Source: Leptolyngbyaceae cyanobacterium
GTDB taxonomy: Bacteria > Cyanobacteriota > Cyanobacteriia > Phormidesmidales > Phormidesmidaceae
Assembly: GCA_965263355.1 (NCBI GenBank)
Contig: CBDHHL010000056.1
Location: 1,824,001-1,888,000, forward strand
DNA: 64,000 nucleotides
Reading direction: 5' to 3'
Shown here: positions 29,695 through 39,111 of the stretch, in pieces
How the letters are laid out: the number at the start of each line of letters is the position of its first letter
Numbering within the stretch: the stretch's first letter is position 1
Notes under the pieces: generated by a model
Seen by the model: only the letters and a program-made list of their open reading frames with translations
Told to the model about the DNA's origin: nothing
Database searches by the model: none
Program-made: the position numbers and the translations under genes

Positions 29695-30903
29695 TTATCT
29701 TTCCAAAGCTTCCGCCCGATAACCACTGCGCTGCATTGGTGTCGCAAATAGATTGCGAAAACTAGCCTGACGAGTATCAGCAGGTTCAGGAGCATCTTCC
29801 CAAAGACTTTCATAAAAGAAGAAAGCCATGCCTATACCCGCAGAGCGAGCAGACTGCACCTTAGCTTCAATCAGGCTAATGGGAACAGGAGAGTTACGTA
29901 GACCAGTGAGAATACCAGCCGCCGTAGGAATCATACCTTGAGCCTCACGTATGGATGAAGTATGAAGCTGTTGTCGAAACACCCCTAGATTGTCGCGATA
30001 AATTTGAACGATGAGTTCATCTACCCACCCTTGACGAACCCAAGTAAGCCAATCCTGTAGCTGAGCCTTATAGGCAAAATCATAAGGGTTAGGTGCAACC
30101 GAGAAAACGAGATTACGTCGTCGAGCCTTAAGAGCTGCATTGAGAGTTTTGACAAATACCGTTAGCTTATCTGCCCGCCACTTAACCCAGTGCGGATTGT
30201 GTGGGTCGCTAGGTACGTCCCTACCCGTTTCTTGCTTATATAGGGCACGGGTATAGCTATCATAACCAAACTCCACCGGTAGAATTAAATGATCATCAAA
30301 CTGAACGCCATCGACATCGTAACGGCTGATCAGTTCTAACAACATATTGGTAATAAACTGCTGCACTTCCGGCTTGAATGGATTCAGCCAGACCATATCA
30401 CCACCATCTCGACGCATATCGATCCGACTACCATCTCGTTTTTGGGTCAGCCAACTGCTATGTAGCGTAGCTAATTCAGAGGTAGCGGGTGCCATAAACC
30501 CAAATTCAAACCAAGGAATAACTGACATCCCTTGAGCATGGGCCTCAGCAGTTAGCTCTGCCAGAATGTCGTAGTCTTGTATGCCACGGCGGACAAAGTG
30601 CTGAATGCCAGTCTGTCGAGCTATACCACTATCAAAAAAAGCATATCCCCCATTCCAAACCACGGGATATAGAGTGTTGAAATTGAGTTCAGCCAACTCA
30701 TCAATTGCCCTATGCAGCTTTGGCTGGTCTATCAATACATCTGTATCGTTAGTAGTCAACCAAACCCCGCGAATTTCTTGAGTAACAGCAGGGCGAACCA
30801 TAGCCGCTACTGGAATAAATGAATGTAGAATAACGGCGGCGATCAAAGATAGCCCGAACAATAAAATCGATAGTGGTTTCCAGCGCCAGGTACGTGAGGT
30901 CAT
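29695..30903 (-). CDS. Glycoside hydrolase-like family 10 (GHL10/DUF187) protein
   Basis: EIRGVWLT, PWFEFG, YDVDGVQFDDH; signal peptide. Confidence 0.9.
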   Translation of the reverse strand: MTSRTWRWKPLSILLFGLSLIAAVILHSFIPVAAMVRPAVTQEIRGVWLTTNDTDVLIDQPKLHRAIDELAELNFNTLYPVVWNGGYAFFDSGIARQTGIQHFVRRGIQDYDILAELTAEAHAQGMSVIPWFEFGFMAPATSELATLHSSWLTQKRDGSRIDMRRDGGDMVWLNPFKPEVQQFITNMLLELISRYDVDGVQFDDHLILPVEFGYDSYTRALYKQETGRDVPSDPHNPHWVKWRADKLTVFVKTLNAALKARRRNLVFSVAPNPYDFAYKAQLQDWLTWVRQGWVDELIVQIYRDNLGVFRQQLHTSSIREAQGMIPTAAGILTGLRNSPVPISLIEAKVQSARSAGIGMAFFFYESLWEDAPEPADTRQASFRNLFATPMQRSGYRAEALER

Positions 30904-31267
30904 AGTGATTACAGGCAGTGTCCAAAGAGTATGTCTCTTGACTACGTCACAAGGTGTTTACACAATATAGATATAGCCGACGTACATTGAGTTATTCAGG
31001 GATTTGCAGCCGGTTTCAGAATGGGTAATGCTGTGACAGCAGGATATTTATGATTGCTAAATTCTTGGAGTTGCATTAAGAAAAAGGAACTCTTTGTTAA
31101 GCAATATTACGACACCAAGGCTCCCCCTTGGAAGTCAGGATTCAAGACAGCAGCCGTTCCTGTTTTGCCACAGGGGGATAGTGCACTAATAATGACCAGT
31201 TCTATCGCTCAAGTCTGACTGCTACATCCACGGTCAGCCTGTTTTTTCAACTAACGAGTTCTAAACT

Positions 31268-32020
31268 ATGTTTACTTCAGCTTGGTCCGGTCGCCACGCT
31301 GGTAAAGACGTTCTTCGCCAGCAAGTTTGGTCCACCCTCAAAACCTATGACGTTACTCATTGCGATCCAGTGGGCCATATCCCCAATTTGATTGGCGCTG
31401 ATCTTGCTGCTGAGCGCTTAGCAGAAACCGCTTTATGGCAACAGGTTCAGGTTGTAAAGTGTAATCCTGACTCGCCTCATGCAGCAGTTAGGCTAAGGGC
31501 TTTAGCCGATGGCAAAACCCTCTACATGGCCGTGCCCCAGCTATCTCGCCCAAAGTGTTTTGTTGAATTAACGGCAACTGCCCTGGAGGCAAAAGGAGTG
31601 TCGCTCAAAATGGCGGCATCAATGGATGGAGCCATGGCTCATGGTCAACTCGTAACGTTTAACGAGATGCAAGCCATTGATCTCGTAGTGGTAGGCTGTG
31701 TGGCTGTGGCCCTGAATGGTGGACGGACGGGAAAAGGGGCGGGTTTTGCTGATTTAGAGTTAGCAATGTTGCGGGAATGTAATCTTATTTTAGAAAACAC
31801 CCCGATTGTGACCACAGTCCACGATTTACAGGTCGTTGATGCGATGGAACTGCCCATGCAGGCCCATGACTGGGGGCTGGATTTGATTGTTACGCCTACC
31901 CAATGTTTGGTAACTGATAATCATCATCCTAAGCCTAATGGCCTGGATTGGGATACCATTCAACCGGATCAAATAGCCAATATTCCGATTCTTGAAGCTT
32001 GGCCTAAACAATGTCATTAG
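31268..32020 (+). CDS. 5-formyltetrahydrofolate cyclo-ligase family (MTHFSD-like)
   Basis: KCNPDSP, GCVAV..GRTGKGAGFADLE and VTTVHDLQV. Confidence 0.88.
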   Translation: MFTSAWSGRHAGKDVLRQQVWSTLKTYDVTHCDPVGHIPNLIGADLAAERLAETALWQQVQVVKCNPDSPHAAVRLRALADGKTLYMAVPQLSRPKCFVELTATALEAKGVSLKMAASMDGAMAHGQLVTFNEMQAIDLVVVGCVAVALNGGRTGKGAGFADLELAMLRECNLILENTPIVTTVHDLQVVDAMELPMQAHDWGLDLIVTPTQCLVTDNHHPKPNGLDWDTIQPDQIANIPILEAWPKQCH

Positions 32021-32092
32021 TGTCCTTCTTCGACTTGCTTAGTTCAAGATCTGCCTAATGCTCACACCTGTCCACTGCCCAACGCCCTTACT

Positions 32093-33103
32093 ATGGCTCT
32101 CCCTCCCGGTCTGCTCATCCGCACCGCCAAAACAATTTGGACCACCCTTTGGCGCACTATGATGTCCCAGATGGCCCCCAGTGACAAGGAGGGAGCTTAT
32201 CAGCGACCAGACAGCGAGTTTTGCGAACTGACAAGTCAGCGCTCGCACCATCGCATTCCTTGCAAAAAGTTTCCTGCCGACACTCAACGCTACCGTCTAA
32301 TTGTTGGAATGGGATGTCCCTGGGCTCATCGCACCCTAATTGTCCGTACCCTCAAAGGACTGGATGCAGCTATTCCCATAACAGTCGTCTCCCCATCAGG
32401 CAATGAAGGATGTTGGATCTTTGAACACCCGTCTGAAGTGGATTCTCTAGGCTGTCGTACCATGCCCCAGTTTTATGCCAAAGTTCAAGCAGGATACCGA
32501 GGCCGAGCGACGGTTCCTGTTCTCTGGGATAACAGGACTAACACCATCGTCAATAATGAAAGCGCAGAGATTATAGAGATTTTGAATGATGCCTTTAACC
32601 AGTGGGCAATTCACTCTAACCTCGATCTCTATCCTGCTAAGTTACAAGTTGAAATTAATAAGTGGAATAAAGCCATTTATCACACGGTAAATAACGGGGT
32701 CTATCGCTGTGGATTTGCCCAAACTCAAATTGCGTATGAAACAGCCTGCAACGAACTATTTGATATGTTGGACACCATTGATAAATCACTGATAAATCAA
32801 CGCTACCTTTGTGGTAGTCAATTAACTCTGGCGGATGTGCGTTTATTCACAACTTTAATTCGGTTTGATGTAGCCTACTATGGCCTATTTAAGTGCAACC
32901 GTCGCCGAATTTCTGAATACGACCATCTCAGCGGCTATGTAAGAGATATTTACCAGCTACCTGGCATCGCGGCGACCTGCGATGTTAGTGCCATCAAACG
33001 AGACTACTTTGGCAATCTATTTCCCCTCAATCCAGGTGGTATTATTCCATTAGGGCCAGACCTTTCTAGCTTAGAAGCGCCCCATAATCGGGCAAATTTA
33101 TGA
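32093..33103 (+). CDS. Glutathionyl-hydroquinone reductase (YqjG/Xi-class GST)
   Basis: CPWAHR, TVPVLWD, NNESAEI and NNGVYRCGFA. Confidence 0.92.
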   Translation: MALPPGLLIRTAKTIWTTLWRTMMSQMAPSDKEGAYQRPDSEFCELTSQRSHHRIPCKKFPADTQRYRLIVGMGCPWAHRTLIVRTLKGLDAAIPITVVSPSGNEGCWIFEHPSEVDSLGCRTMPQFYAKVQAGYRGRATVPVLWDNRTNTIVNNESAEIIEILNDAFNQWAIHSNLDLYPAKLQVEINKWNKAIYHTVNNGVYRCGFAQTQIAYETACNELFDMLDTIDKSLINQRYLCGSQLTLADVRLFTTLIRFDVAYYGLFKCNRRRISEYDHLSGYVRDIYQLPGIAATCDVSAIKRDYFGNLFPLNPGGIIPLGPDLSSLEAPHNRANL

Positions 33104-33121
33104 GGTCTGTTGACGTAGTTT

Positions 33122-33640
33122 TTAATCCTTTTCAATGTAACGTCTAACCGAGTTGAGATCGATGTAACGATCCGTAGCATTACGCAGTTCTCGGGCAATC
33201 ATTCCTTCGGTAGATACCACTGTAATGTGCGTATTTTTAGAGCGTAGCAATTCAATTGCTCGTTCAAAATCACCATCACCACTAAATAAAACAACTCGAT
33301 CATACTGAGCTGCTGTATTAAACATATCAACAACGATTTCAATATCTAGATTCGCTTTCTGGGAGTAGCGGCCAGAGTTATCGTCATAGTATTCCTTTAA
33401 AATTTTAGTCCTAACAGTATAACCAAGACTAATTAATGCATCACGAAAACCACGCTGGTCCTGTGGATCTTTAAGCCCCGTGTACCAAAAAGCATTAATT
33501 AAAGTTGACGGAACCGTTTCATGGGTAAAGTATTCGAGAACGCGCTTAGGGTCAAAAAACCAGCCATTTTTTTGCTGGGCGTAAAACATATTATTCCCGT
33601 CTACAAATATAGAAAGTCGACTTAACGGTTGCGTATGCAT
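33122..33640 (-). CDS. labA: LabA-type NYN domain protein
   Basis: IFVDGNNMFYAQQKNGWFFDP, KANLDIEIVVDM and SGDGDFER. Confidence 0.9.
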   Translation of the reverse strand: MHTQPLSRLSIFVDGNNMFYAQQKNGWFFDPKRVLEYFTHETVPSTLINAFWYTGLKDPQDQRGFRDALISLGYTVRTKILKEYYDDNSGRYSQKANLDIEIVVDMFNTAAQYDRVVLFSGDGDFERAIELLRSKNTHITVVSTEGMIARELRNATDRYIDLNSVRRYIEKD

Positions 33641-34383
33641 AGAAGTAAAAACAATAACAATAAAATAAGAACTAAATAGCTATGACTTGGAACCAATAGT
33701 CCGAACAGCCTCTTAGCAACAGTTCAAAACTAAATATAAAAATTAACTACAAATCAGGATTCAATTATCCAGTATCTGTAAGTAACCTATAAGGTAAGAA
33801 AATATACAGGCTATTAACTAATGTTAGATAACTAAAACCAACTCATGACGATATATAAATAAACAAAGCTGTGTATGTCCTTGACCGTTTTAACTTAAAT
33901 TGATTAGTTGAGTAGACTGCTGCCATTTTCTCCATATATAGGGCATTTATATAATTTCATAGAGCTTTGTATCCATACCTTTTCAATTAGAATGCGCATT
34001 TTCAGCATACATATAAGTTAGCTTTGTTATACGGACATTCAATTAAATAAACTATTATCACTATCTAAAAATACCCTAGGGTAAGACAACTCCTGCCTCA
34101 AACTCATGTCTACGAACTTTGTGCAAAAGAGTTAAGCTACCACTATAGGGCAGATCTGACTCTCGTGCGGATGCCCCGTTATATTCTTCCGAACACAATT
34201 CAATCCTTATAAATACGCAGAGTTACCTCACAATGGACTCATTTTGACATGAAGATCACTTTAAGTACCTCGTCAAAGCACAGACGATTGAAAATAACTT
34301 CAAGCTATTATGATATTAGGCTGTAGCTTAAGACCGTAATACTATGCCATAGTTTATGTAATTTTATACACTCCATTTTATTA

Positions 34384-34419
34384 AGTACTGAAATATTCAA
34401 CAGTACTGAAATATTCAAC
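34384..34419. repeat. Perfect 18-bp tandem duplication
   Basis: AGTACTGAAATATTCAAC x2. Confidence 0.9.
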
Positions 34420-34458
34420 TTAACCTATTACTTGTACTAGCTAGCGTCTCTATACAGG

Positions 34459-36951
34459 TTGCATCATCTACCACTTGATTTGTACAGTTTCTCAATAGCT
34501 GCTTTTATACGGATGAAACAAGATGCGGCAGATATAACAGCAACGCTGACATCCCAGGATCGTCTGCTTAAATTTATCCCAAATATCAATCTTGTACAGC
34601 AATGGCGAGCCTGCCTAAATGGGTTACTTGTCGGTACAACCGCATTAACCACAGGTTGTAATCTAAGTCTTGTTCGTTCATTAGAACACCAGGGACAGGC
34701 ACTGATGTGGGAGTTGCGGGGCGTAGTGCCTGCGCCGGAAGATATCGTTATTTTAGCCATTGATGAAGAATCACTATCCCAAGGACAGCATTACTTAGAT
34801 CAACCCGAGGCATATCCTGAGTTGGCAGCCATTAGCTCATGGCCATGGCCACGTGCCACCTATGCTGCCGCTACTCAAAAGATTTTAGATGCTGGTGCTG
34901 ATGCGATTTCACTAGATATCGTTTTTGCTCAGCCCAGCAGCTATGGTCCTGAGGATGATATGGCTTTTGCCGAGGTCTTGTCCCAAAAAGGGTCACAAGT
35001 TGTTTTAGCTGCAGAATATGGCGATATTGATTTGAGGCAAGGATCTTTACTACAGCCAACACTTCCCTTATCTGACTTTCGCGAGATGCCAATTCAGGTA
35101 GGGGCAATTAATTTCCCAATGGAGTCTAATGGAAAGATCCATCGACTGAGTCGAGAATTTTTAAAGACTCTCCAGTTTATCGAAGCTGACCTATTGGGTG
35201 AAGAATCTATCCCAAACGATGATGTAGAACCTGCGGTGCTAAGCTTTGCCGAAGCTACATTAGAAGCTGCTCAAATTGTTGATTATAAAGATAGCGGTGA
35301 TTACATTTTCTTCCATGGGCCAGCCAAAACCTTCCAACATGTTCCTTTTTGGTACATCTTAGATGAAGAGCTTTGGAAGTCTCAGCTAGATAATGGCCGC
35401 TTTTTTGAAAACAAAATTGTTCTTGTAGGATCTACAGCTTCACTTCATCAGGACTTTCATGCGGCTCCTTTTTCTGGAAGCTTATTATACCCTATTCCTA
35501 TGGCTGGGGTGGAGATTTTAGCCAATACTGTAGCTACGCTGCGGGGTGATTTAGCTCTATACTCTCTAACTCAAAAACCTTGGATCAGTGCTCTGATAGT
35601 GGCTTTTTGGTTAGGGAGTATGGCACTAGCTATCAGTAAAATCTCCTCTCATACGCCATTTCGTCGATTAGTTGCTGCTGCTGCTGCTAGTTTAGCTTGG
35701 GGGCTAGTTAGCTTTGTTATTTTTACAACGGGTGGTGTCATCATTCCCATAGCGGTGCCAATTTTAAGTGTATTGGGATTTGCGACCGCAGATTTTGCTA
35801 TTGGATTCTTTAGTGAACAACTACGGAAAAAGACATTGCGCAGTACGTTGGCACGCTATGTGACCTCTCCAATTGTTCAAGAGATTATCAGCCAACAGGA
35901 TGACTTTAAAGACCTACTCACTGCTTATGAGAATGAAATGATTGGGACCCTCCTTAGCGATCGCTATCGAATTAGTAAAATTCTTGGTGCTGGTGGTTTT
36001 GGAGATACTTACCTAGCTCAGGATATGCAGCGGCCTGGTAACCCTGTCTGTGTTGTTAAACAATTAAAGATCATCAGTGACAATCCTAAGGCGCATCAAT
36101 TAGCCCAACGTTTATTTGCAGCCGAAGCTGCTACCTTAGAACGTCTGGGTGAACATGACCAAATTCCACGCCTTCTAGCTTATTTTGAAGCTAACTATTC
36201 CTTCTATTTGGTGCAAGAAATGATTGAAGGAACGTTACTCAAGGATATGCTTGATCCGCAACGACCAATGTCACAACGTGCTGCAGCAAAGTTTTTATTA
36301 GATCTTTTACCAGTCATTCAAACTGTTCATGCTCAAGGCGTTATTCATCGAGACATTAAACCTTCTAATATTATTTCCCGCCAAAGTGATCAGCGCTACG
36401 TCCTGATCGATTTTGGGGCAGTCAAGCAAATTTCTAACCGATTGACCGATACGAATGCTCGTATTACTTCAACGGTTGGTATTGGAACTCAAGGCTATAT
36501 GCCTAGTGAACAATCTGCTGGCTTACCTAACTTTAGTAGTGATTTGTATGCTCTTGGTATTACCACGATAGAAGCCCTTACCGGATTACCTCCCCATGCC
36601 CTTCAGCGTGACTCCCATGGGGAAATTATATGGACTGATCAGGTCCCGGACTTAGAGCCGGGTCTAGCTAGTGTCATTGAAAAGATGGTTTGCTACAACT
36701 TTAACCAACGTTACTCAACCGCAACAGCTGTCCTCAAAGATTTAAGGCAATTAAAATTAGATGGATTGTCTGAGGCATGCCCAACAAAGGAAATAGTTGC
36801 ACCAGAATCATACGATGAGCATGAGGCTAAACTTTCAACGGTGATATTGCCAACTGCCTGGGAAAAAAATTACAAACTACCAGACGCAACAACTGCAATA
36901 GATGAGCCTACTAATGATAGCGATGACACTGAACCTAGGTTAATTCTCTAG
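34459..36951 (+). CDS. CHASE2-domain transmembrane Ser/Thr protein kinase
   Basis: CHASE2 motifs IVILAIDEES, WPWPR, KIVLVG and MAGVEILAN; three TM helices; kinase motifs GAGGFG, VVKQL, HRDIKPSN and DFG; true start uncertain. Confidence 0.93.
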   Translation: MHHLPLDLYSFSIAAFIRMKQDAADITATLTSQDRLLKFIPNINLVQQWRACLNGLLVGTTALTTGCNLSLVRSLEHQGQALMWELRGVVPAPEDIVILAIDEESLSQGQHYLDQPEAYPELAAISSWPWPRATYAAATQKILDAGADAISLDIVFAQPSSYGPEDDMAFAEVLSQKGSQVVLAAEYGDIDLRQGSLLQPTLPLSDFREMPIQVGAINFPMESNGKIHRLSREFLKTLQFIEADLLGEESIPNDDVEPAVLSFAEATLEAAQIVDYKDSGDYIFFHGPAKTFQHVPFWYILDEELWKSQLDNGRFFENKIVLVGSTASLHQDFHAAPFSGSLLYPIPMAGVEILANTVATLRGDLALYSLTQKPWISALIVAFWLGSMALAISKISSHTPFRRLVAAAAASLAWGLVSFVIFTTGGVIIPIAVPILSVLGFATADFAIGFFSEQLRKKTLRSTLARYVTSPIVQEIISQQDDFKDLLTAYENEMIGTLLSDRYRISKILGAGGFGDTYLAQDMQRPGNPVCVVKQLKIISDNPKAHQLAQRLFAAEAATLERLGEHDQIPRLLAYFEANYSFYLVQEMIEGTLLKDMLDPQRPMSQRAAAKFLLDLLPVIQTVHAQGVIHRDIKPSNIISRQSDQRYVLIDFGAVKQISNRLTDTNARITSTVGIGTQGYMPSEQSAGLPNFSSDLYALGITTIEALTGLPPHALQRDSHGEIIWTDQVPDLEPGLASVIEKMVCYNFNQRYSTATAVLKDLRQLKLDGLSEACPTKEIVAPESYDEHEAKLSTVILPTAWEKNYKLPDATTAIDEPTNDSDDTEPRLIL

Positions 36952-37034
36952 CCCTAATAATTAATTCTGCACTAGACACAACCATTGCACCTAAGAAAAC
37001 CCACCAAAACATAGGCTTAGCAAACAAACTAATG

Positions 37035-38750
37035 TCAATTTATTAATTCTGAAGGAGCAGGCTCCAAGCCATTTTCAGTTGAATCAGGTACTTGAATATC
37101 CAAAGAAGGCAAAATGACTTCCGGGTTACTGACTGGATTGCTGGTCCCTTCTCCCCAATTAAAGTCTCCTGAAGGTACAGGGGCACGAACAGGCACTTGA
37201 TCAGCTTCAGCAATTGGAGTGATAGGCTGTTCGGCTATTACCGGAGTTGGTTCAGGTTGCACTACAGGTGTGGGTGCAGCAGCAGGCTCGGGTACTGTCG
37301 TCACAATTGATGAAGGGGCGGTTACCGTGGGTGTCGGTTCAGCCACTACTACTGGTGCAGGGATTGCCGTTGGTATGATTTCAGGGGTAGGAGACTCTGC
37401 TGGTATAACTACTGAGGGGACTTCGCCGACAGGTTCCGACACGGCAGGAGTCGTCACCGTAGGGGGAGTAACCACTACAGGAGTAGCCGTTGAGGGCGTA
37501 ATCACCACAGGCGCAGTTGTTGTGGGGGGCGTAACCACTACTACCGGCGTTGTTGGCTCAACTACTGGAGACGGAGCAGTTGTCGGAGGTATTGCCGGAG
37601 AAGTAGTAGTTGGATTAACAACAGCAGGGGCAGGGACTACAACAGCAGGCCGTTCAATAGCAACCGTTGGCTCCACAGGTTGTGAAGCTACAGATGGTGA
37701 ACCTGGTTCTTGAATAGCCGTATCAATATTCAAAAATTCCGAGAACCGTGCACTAGTCACAGGTGTAACTGAACCATCCTCTGTAGTAGAAGTGCCCAAT
37801 AGCCCTGTATGGGTGCCTGCAGGTTGGGAGGTTACAACCGGTTGACCTACAACATGAAAAATGGAAGCCGGTGATGAGGAAAAACTAGGGAAGCCGGCAA
37901 AGATAGACTCATCTGGCTCACCTTCATCACCAGGAAAAGCACCAAAAACTGGCGCGATAAATTCCGGATTTTCTACTACCTCTTCAGCCGAACCTCGATC
38001 ATCAAAATCACCCTGTAACTCAAGTGCATCTTGTATTTCCTGCCAAACATCTTGCAGGTCTTCAGACAAGGTTTCAGGTGGTGTGGGGCTATCAAGCTGC
38101 AAACCTTTGACTAACCCACTGGTTTGATAGAAAGTTCGTAGATCAAATTCGTGACGTTGGGTGATCTCTTCACCTTCGATCACAACCATTTCGCCAGCAT
38201 AGATAGGTTGCTGTTGTGAACCACTCTCGTTATAGGCCATCATAGCCCCTGCAGAATTATTGGTCAGAGCGCCGACTAGTGTGATGGGTGATGCACAGTA
38301 ACCTTCAGCTGTCAATTCAGCTAGACAACGAACCCGTACAAATAGAGCAGAGCCCTGAATCCCAGTAACCGCATTAGGCGTTTGTATCGTTGTACGCCCG
38401 CGCCCTGGTGGAATTAGTAGCAGAACAGTTCCATTGGAAAGTTGAAAATTGCGAGTATTTGGAGTGAAACGAAATGTAGCCTGTTCACCAACTCTGGCCA
38501 AAGAACCGTCGTTGAATCGGAGTTCGGCCCTTGATGAGGCAGCCGTCCGCAGAGCATCCCCCACACTCATCAGATCATCGATTCTAGCTAATCTTGCCCG
38601 TTGATTATTGGGAACTAAATGAACCCGGTTTCGTAACTTTTCAACTTTGGCCCAGGTAAGCGACGATTGGGCCAAAGCAGCACCGGGAATTCCCAATGTA
38701 AATGCAATACCCATTAAGAGAGAATAGCAACGAGCAGAAACTTTGCACAT
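37035..38750 (-). CDS. Secreted FecR-domain protein with Pro/Thr/Val-rich C-terminal tail
   Basis: Signal peptide ..GAALA; GDALRT..SRAELRFNDGSLARVG and IQTPNAVTGIQGS; low-complexity tail. Confidence 0.88.
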   Translation of the reverse strand: MCKVSARCYSLLMGIAFTLGIPGAALAQSSLTWAKVEKLRNRVHLVPNNQRARLARIDDLMSVGDALRTAASSRAELRFNDGSLARVGEQATFRFTPNTRNFQLSNGTVLLLIPPGRGRTTIQTPNAVTGIQGSALFVRVRCLAELTAEGYCASPITLVGALTNNSAGAMMAYNESGSQQQPIYAGEMVVIEGEEITQRHEFDLRTFYQTSGLVKGLQLDSPTPPETLSEDLQDVWQEIQDALELQGDFDDRGSAEEVVENPEFIAPVFGAFPGDEGEPDESIFAGFPSFSSSPASIFHVVGQPVVTSQPAGTHTGLLGTSTTEDGSVTPVTSARFSEFLNIDTAIQEPGSPSVASQPVEPTVAIERPAVVVPAPAVVNPTTTSPAIPPTTAPSPVVEPTTPVVVVTPPTTTAPVVITPSTATPVVVTPPTVTTPAVSEPVGEVPSVVIPAESPTPEIIPTAIPAPVVVAEPTPTVTAPSSIVTTVPEPAAAPTPVVQPEPTPVIAEQPITPIAEADQVPVRAPVPSGDFNWGEGTSNPVSNPEVILPSLDIQVPDSTENGLEPAPSELIN

Positions 38751-39111
38751 AGTTAAGGAATAAGTCTAATGGGCAGAAGTACTGGGCTAATGCACTGAGC
38801 AGAAACATTCACTCTGCTCCGTTAGTAATAGTACCTAACTTTTCAGTGTGATGGCTAGACTTCTGTTTACTATTTCCTCAAATTAATGCCTGATTTTTGT
38901 AATTTATTTGGGCGTTGTCCTGAATATTCATTATTTTTGCGAGATTGGGCAGAATGGCTTAAGTATTTAGGCGCAGCCTAATAATGGTTATGGTGCTCAT
39001 GAACTATAGTTACAAATACTGCTTTTTTGGAGAAGAGCATCGGTGAATACAGTCTTTCATGTTGGGTGGTCGCAAACAAATCAGTGGGCTAATGCTTGAT
39101 ATGGAACGTAC

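Noticed and set aside
31140..31245. ZTP (pfl) riboswitch
   Set aside because: CCACAGGGGGA resembles part of it, but the GACUGGCG, GUGG and CGCCUGGG elements are absent
37219..38127. Plus-strand Gly/Val/Thr-rich ORFs
   Set aside because: Antisense shadows of the low-complexity FecR gene
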